NCBI GenBank assembly: GCA_043228905.1
Contig: JBHGNT010000012.1
Coordinates: 1,984,001-2,048,000, forward strand
Direction: 5' to 3'
DNA: 64,000 nucleotides
From: Azolla caroliniana
Lineage: Eukaryota > Plantae > Polypodiophyta
Shown piece after piece: positions 63,299-64,000 of the stretch; within the stretch, counting starts at the first letter, position 1, and every line of letters begins with the position of its first letter. The notes below the pieces were generated by a model. The model was not told where the DNA came from. It ran no database searches and was given only the letters and a program-made list of their open reading frames with translations. A program made the position numbers and the translations under genes.

Positions 63299-64000
63299 TT
63301 TCTTCACCCATTCATGAGAGCACAGAATTTTTTTAGGTTTCGCTTGTCTGCAATTTTAATATGCATATCACTATTTGATGATGTCTTTTGATATAATTGA
63401 TCATTCTTGATTGAATCATCAAGATACGCTATGTGCTTATATCATATTTGTTGAAGATTATGCATATTTGCCTATCATGCTCACAGATGTCAGACGTTTC
63501 TTGTTTGAAGCCTTTGGCATTGGATAACATATGTACACAGTGTACATCAGTCATGCTCGATGATCAGTTGAGATAATGATTTATTGACTGTTTCTTGACA
63601 TGTGGGAAACAAAATATTCAAAAAAGTGGTTCTGTTAATTGAATCTTTTTTTTTTCCTCACTAACCAATGTTTACTTGTTAAAACAGTTTCGTTGAAAAT
63701 GGGATGATCCAATGGATGCTGGGTGGGCATTTTCATAACACCTTTTTTTTGTTATCTTTCTACTAGCAATCATAATTTATGCAGATGGATTACTATATGA
63801 TGCCAGTTGCATATGAAAGCTCTTTAAATGTGGCTTTTTTGTCTGTTTTCAACAAAAGGGTTATCATAATGAATCCATATAGAAGTCTCTTATGGGTTTT
63901 TCATTGCTGTATTTAGTTTTTTCTACTAATGAATTCAGATAGAAATTTCATTATTTTGTGGTTCCAATAATCATTGAGAAATGCTATGTAAAGTGGATAT

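Overview
Nuclear genomic DNA from a land plant, probably a fern (inferred from the style of the PPR protein and the TE repertoire, not verified). Bases 1 to ~33.1 kb are a nested TE cluster. An old minus-strand Gypsy (D) holds a Copia (A) and a tRNA-Trp-primed Gypsy (E). Copia A is split by a ~19.4-kb block and also carries a solo LTR. That block contains a pogo-type DNA transposon, a second Copia (B), a Gypsy (C) with identical LTRs, a tRNA-Ala PBS and a 4-bp TSD, and the most notable feature: a spliced, pseudogenised gene fusing a ParB/Srx-like domain to a bacterial-type beta-class amino (N6-adenine/N4-cytosine) DNA methyltransferase. Bases 37.6-62.5 kb are gene space: a long, degenerate plastid MurE (PAP11-like), an intronless PLS-E+ PPR gene, a small plastid protein, a 12-exon DusA-type tRNA-dihydrouridine synthase and complex I subunit NDUFB3/B12, interspersed with MITEs, tRNA-like SINE remnants and tandem repeats. 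All coordinates were read by eye; no database searches were run.
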